64,000 bases of DNA, taken from positions 182,902,001 to 182,966,000 of the forward strand of contig NC_086097.1 in assembly GCF_963921235.1 (NCBI RefSeq), given 5' to 3'. Each line of letters opens with the position of its first letter. The stretch's first letter is position 1. This DNA comes from Mobula hypostoma. Lineage: Eukaryota. This document shows positions 60,601-64,000 of this stretch, one piece after another. Under the pieces are notes generated by a model. The model was not told where the DNA came from, ran no database searches, and saw nothing but the letters and a program-made list of their open reading frames with translations. A program made the translations under genes and the position numbers.

Positions 60601-63600
60601 GTCTCTGTTGTTGTGTCTGCGTCAGTGTGTGTGTCTCTGCCCCTGTCTGTGACCGTGTCTCAGTTGTGTCAGTTTGTGTGTCTTTGCCCCTGTCTGTGAC
60701 CGTGTCTAAGTTGTGTCAGTGTTTGTGTCTCTGCCCCTGTCTGTGACCGTGTCTCAGTTGTGTCAGTGTTTGTGTCTCTGCCCCTGTCTGTGACCGTGTC
60801 TCAGTTGTGTCAGTGTTTGTGTCTCTGCCCCTGTCTGTGACCGTGTCTCAGTTGTGTCAGTGTTTGTGTCTCTGCCCCTGTCTGTGACCGTGTCTCAGTT
60901 GTGTCAGTGTTTGTGTCTCTGCCCCTGTCTGTGACCGTGTCTCAGTTGTGTCAGTGTGTGTGTCTCTGCCCCTGTCTGTGACCGTGTCTCAGTTGTGTCA
61001 GTGTTTGTGTCTCTGCCCCTGTCTGTGACCGTGTCTCAGTTGTGTCAGTGTTTGTGTCTCTGCCCCTGTCTGTGACCGTGTCTCAGTTGTGTCAGTGTTT
61101 GTGTCTCTGCCCCTGTCTGTGACCGTGTCTCAGTTGTGTCAGTGTTTGTGTCTCTGCCCCTGCCTGTGACCGTGTCTCAGTTGTGTCAGTGTGTGTGTCT
61201 CTGTCCCTGTCTGTGACCGTGTCTCTGTTGTTGTCTCTGTGTCAGTGTGTGTGTCTCTGCCCCTGTCTGTGACCGTGTCTCCGTTGTGTCAGTGTGTGTG
61301 TGTCTGTGACCGTGTCTCTGTTGTTGTGTCTGTGTCAGTGTTTGTGTCTCTGTCCCTGTCTGTGACCGTGTCTCAGTTGTGTCAGTGTGTGTGTCTCTGT
61401 CCCTGTCTGTGACCGTGTCTCAGTTGTGTCAGTGTTTGTGTCTCTGCCCCTGTCTGTGACCGTGTCTCAGTTGTGTCAGTGTTTGTGTCTCTGTCCCTGT
61501 CTGTGACCGGGTCTCAGTTGTGTCAGTGTTTGTGTCTCTGCCCTTGTCTGTGACCGTGTCTCAGTTGTGTCAGTGTGTGTGTCTCTGCCCCTGTCTGTGA
61601 CCGTGTCTCAGTTGTTGTGTCTGTGTCAGTGTGTGTGTCTCTGCCCCTGTCTGTGACCGTGTCTCAGTTGTTGTGTCTGTGTCAGTGTGTGTGTCTCTGC
61701 CCCTGTCTGTGACCGTGTCTCTGTTGTTGTGTCTGTGTCAGTGTGTGTGTGTCTGTGACCGTGTCTCTGTTGTTGTGTCTGTGTCAGTGTGTGTGTGTCT
61801 GTGACCGTGTCTCTGTTGTTGTGTCTGTGTCAGTGTGTGTGTCTCTGTCCCTGTCTGTGACCGTGTCTCAGTTGTGTCAGTGTGTGTGTCTCTGTCCCTG
61901 TCTGTGACCGTGTCTCAGTTGTGTCAGTGTTTGTGTCTCTGCCCCTGTCTGTGACCGTGTCTCAGTTGTGTCAGTGTTTGTGTCTCTGCCCCTGTCTGTG
62001 ACCGTGTCTCAGTTGTGTCAGTGTGTGTGTCTCTGCCCCTGTCTGTGACCGTGTCTCAGTTGTGTCAGTGTTTGTGTCTCTGCCCCTGTCTGTGACCGTG
62101 TCTCAGTTGTGTCAGTGTGTGTGTCTCTGCCCCTGTCTGTGACCGTGTCTCAGTTGTGTCAGTGTTTGTGTCTCTGCCCCTGTCTGTGACCGTGTCTCAG
62201 TTGTGTCAGTGTTTGTGTCTCTGCCCCTGTCTGTGACCGTGTCTCAGTTGTGTCAGTGTGTGTGTCTCTGCCCCTGTCTGTGACCGTGTCTCAGTTGTGT
62301 CAGTGTTTGTGTCTCTGCCCCTGTCTGTGACCGTGTCTCAGTTGTGTCAGTGTTTGTGTCTCTGCCCCTGTCTGTGACCGTGTCTCAGTTGTGTCAGTGT
62401 TTGTGTCTCTGTCCCTGTCTGTGACCGTGTCTCAGTTGTGTCAGTGTTTGTGTCTCTGCCCTTGTCTGTGACCGTGTCTCAGTTGTGTCAGTGTGTGTGT
62501 CTCTGCCCCTGTCTGTGACCGTGTCTCAGTTGTTGTGTCTGTGTCAGTGTGTGTGTCTCTGCCCCTGTCTGTGACCGTGTCTCTGTTGTTGTGTCTGTGT
62601 CAGTGTGTGTGTGTCTGTGACCGTGTCTCTGTTGTTGTGTCTGTGTCAGTGTGTGTGTGTCTGTGACCGTGTCTCTGTTGTTGTGTCTGCGTAAGTGTGT
62701 GTGTCTCTGTCCCTGTCTGTGACCGTGTCTCAGTTGTGTCAGTGTTTGTGTCTCTGTCCCTGTCTGTGACCGTGTCTCAGTTGTGTCAGTGTGTGTGTCT
62801 CTGCCCCTGTCTGTGACCGTGTCTCAGTTGTGTCAGTGTTTGTGTCTCTGCCCCTGTCTGTGACCGTGTCTCAGTTGTGTCAGTGTTTGTGTCTCTGCCC
62901 CTGTCTGTGACCGTGTCTCAGTTGCGTCAGTGTGTGTGTCTCTGCCCCGTCTGTGACCGTGTCTCTGTTGTTGTGTCTGTGTGTCTGTGACCGTGTCTCT
63001 GTTGTTGTGTCTGCGTCAGTGTGTGTGTCTCTGCCCCTGTCTGTGACCGTGTCTCAGTTGTGTCAGTTTGTGTGTCTTTGCCCCTGTCTGTGACCGTGTC
63101 TAAGTTGTGTCAGTGTTTGTGTCTCTGCCCCTGTCTGTGACCGTGTCTCAGTTGTGTCAGTGTTTGTGTCTTTGCCCCTGTCTGTGACCGTGTCTCAGTT
63201 GTGTCAGTGTTTGTGTCTCTGCCCCTGTCTGTGACCGTGTCTCAGTTGTGTCAGTGTTTGTGTCTCTGCCCCTGTCTGTGACCGTGTCTCAGTTGTGTCA
63301 GTGTTTGTGTCTCTGCCCCTGTCTGTGACCGTGTCTCAGTTGTGTCAGTGTGTGTGTCTCTGCCCCTGTCTGTGACCGTGTCTCAGTTGTGTCAGTGTTT
63401 GTGTCTCTGCCCCTGTCTGTGACCGTGTCTCAGTTGTGTCAGTGTTTGTGTCTCTGCCCCTGTCTGTGACCGTGTCTCAGTTGTGTCAGTGTTTGTGTCT
63501 CTGCCCCTGTCTGTGACCGTGTCTCAGTTGTGTCAGTGTGTGTGTCTCTGCCCCTGTCTGTGACCGTGTCTCAGTTGTGTCAGTGTTTGTGTCTCTGCCC

Positions 63601-64000
63601 CTGTCTGTGACCGTGTCTCAGTTGTGTCAGTGTGTGTGTCTCTGCCCCTGTCTGTGACCGTGTCTCAGTTGTGTCAGTGTTTGTGTCTCTGCCCCTGTCT
63701 GTGACCGTGTCTCAGTTGTGTCAGTGTTTGTGTCTCTGCCCCTGTCTGTGACCGTGTCTCAGTTGTGTCAGTGTGTGTGTCTCTGCCCCTGTCTGTGACC
63801 GTGTCTCAGTTGTGTCAGTGTTTGTGTCTCTGCCCCTGTCTGTGACCGTGTCTCAGTTGTGTCAGTGTTTGTGTCTCTGCCCCTGTCTGTGACCGTGTCT
63901 CTGTTGTTGTTTCTGCCCCTGTCTGTGACCGTGTCTCTGTTGTTGTTTCTGTGTCAGTGTGTGTGTGTGTGTCTGTGACCGTGTCCCCGTCGTTAGGTCT
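48643..64000. repeat. Large intronic satellite, 47-bp monomer, >15 kb, runs off the window end, with higher-order repeats
   Basis: Monomer ctgcccctgtctgtgaccgtgtctcagttgtgtcagtgtttgtgtct (period 47, e.g. accgtg at 50401 and 50448); rare variants recur at ~2.4-kb and 4891-bp spacing. Confidence 0.97.

Noticed and set aside
48616..61412. Recurring Cys/Val/Ser-rich 60-74 aa ORFs
   Set aside because: Satellite translations; useful only as markers of the higher-order period.

Overview
Vertebrate genomic DNA, probably from a cartilaginous fish (ray or shark), an inference from the CR1/HER1-type LINE tails and the palindromic Penelope-derived elements. The + strand carries 25 internal coding exons (1043-48538, about 3.98 kb spliced, about 1330 aa) of a large extracellular mosaic protein. 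The domain order is 2x LDLa, S/T/P-rich linker, FA58C (discoidin), 3x LDLa, then alternating TSP1/TIL/VWC-like modules. This matches SCO-spondin (SSPO, the Reissner fibre protein). All junctions are GT-AG with compatible phases and no in-frame stop; the start and end of the gene lie outside the window. The introns hold CR1 and Rex1/Babar LINE fragments, a full-length degenerate Ty3/Gypsy element (43424-47803, both LTRs, 5-bp TSD, PBS, PPT), a solo LTR with a 4-bp TSD, and short TSD-flanked palindromic elements with degenerate minimal hammerhead ribozyme motifs. Many tandem repeats start at or just after splice donors, and two of them copy the exon end plus the donor. The last ~15.4 kb is an intronic 47-bp satellite with ~2.4/4.9-kb higher-order structure. 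Most long ORFs in the supplied track are repeat artefacts. I see no convincing wholly new biological system; the best leads are the donor-amplifying repeats, the hammerhead-bearing hairpin elements and the satellite.
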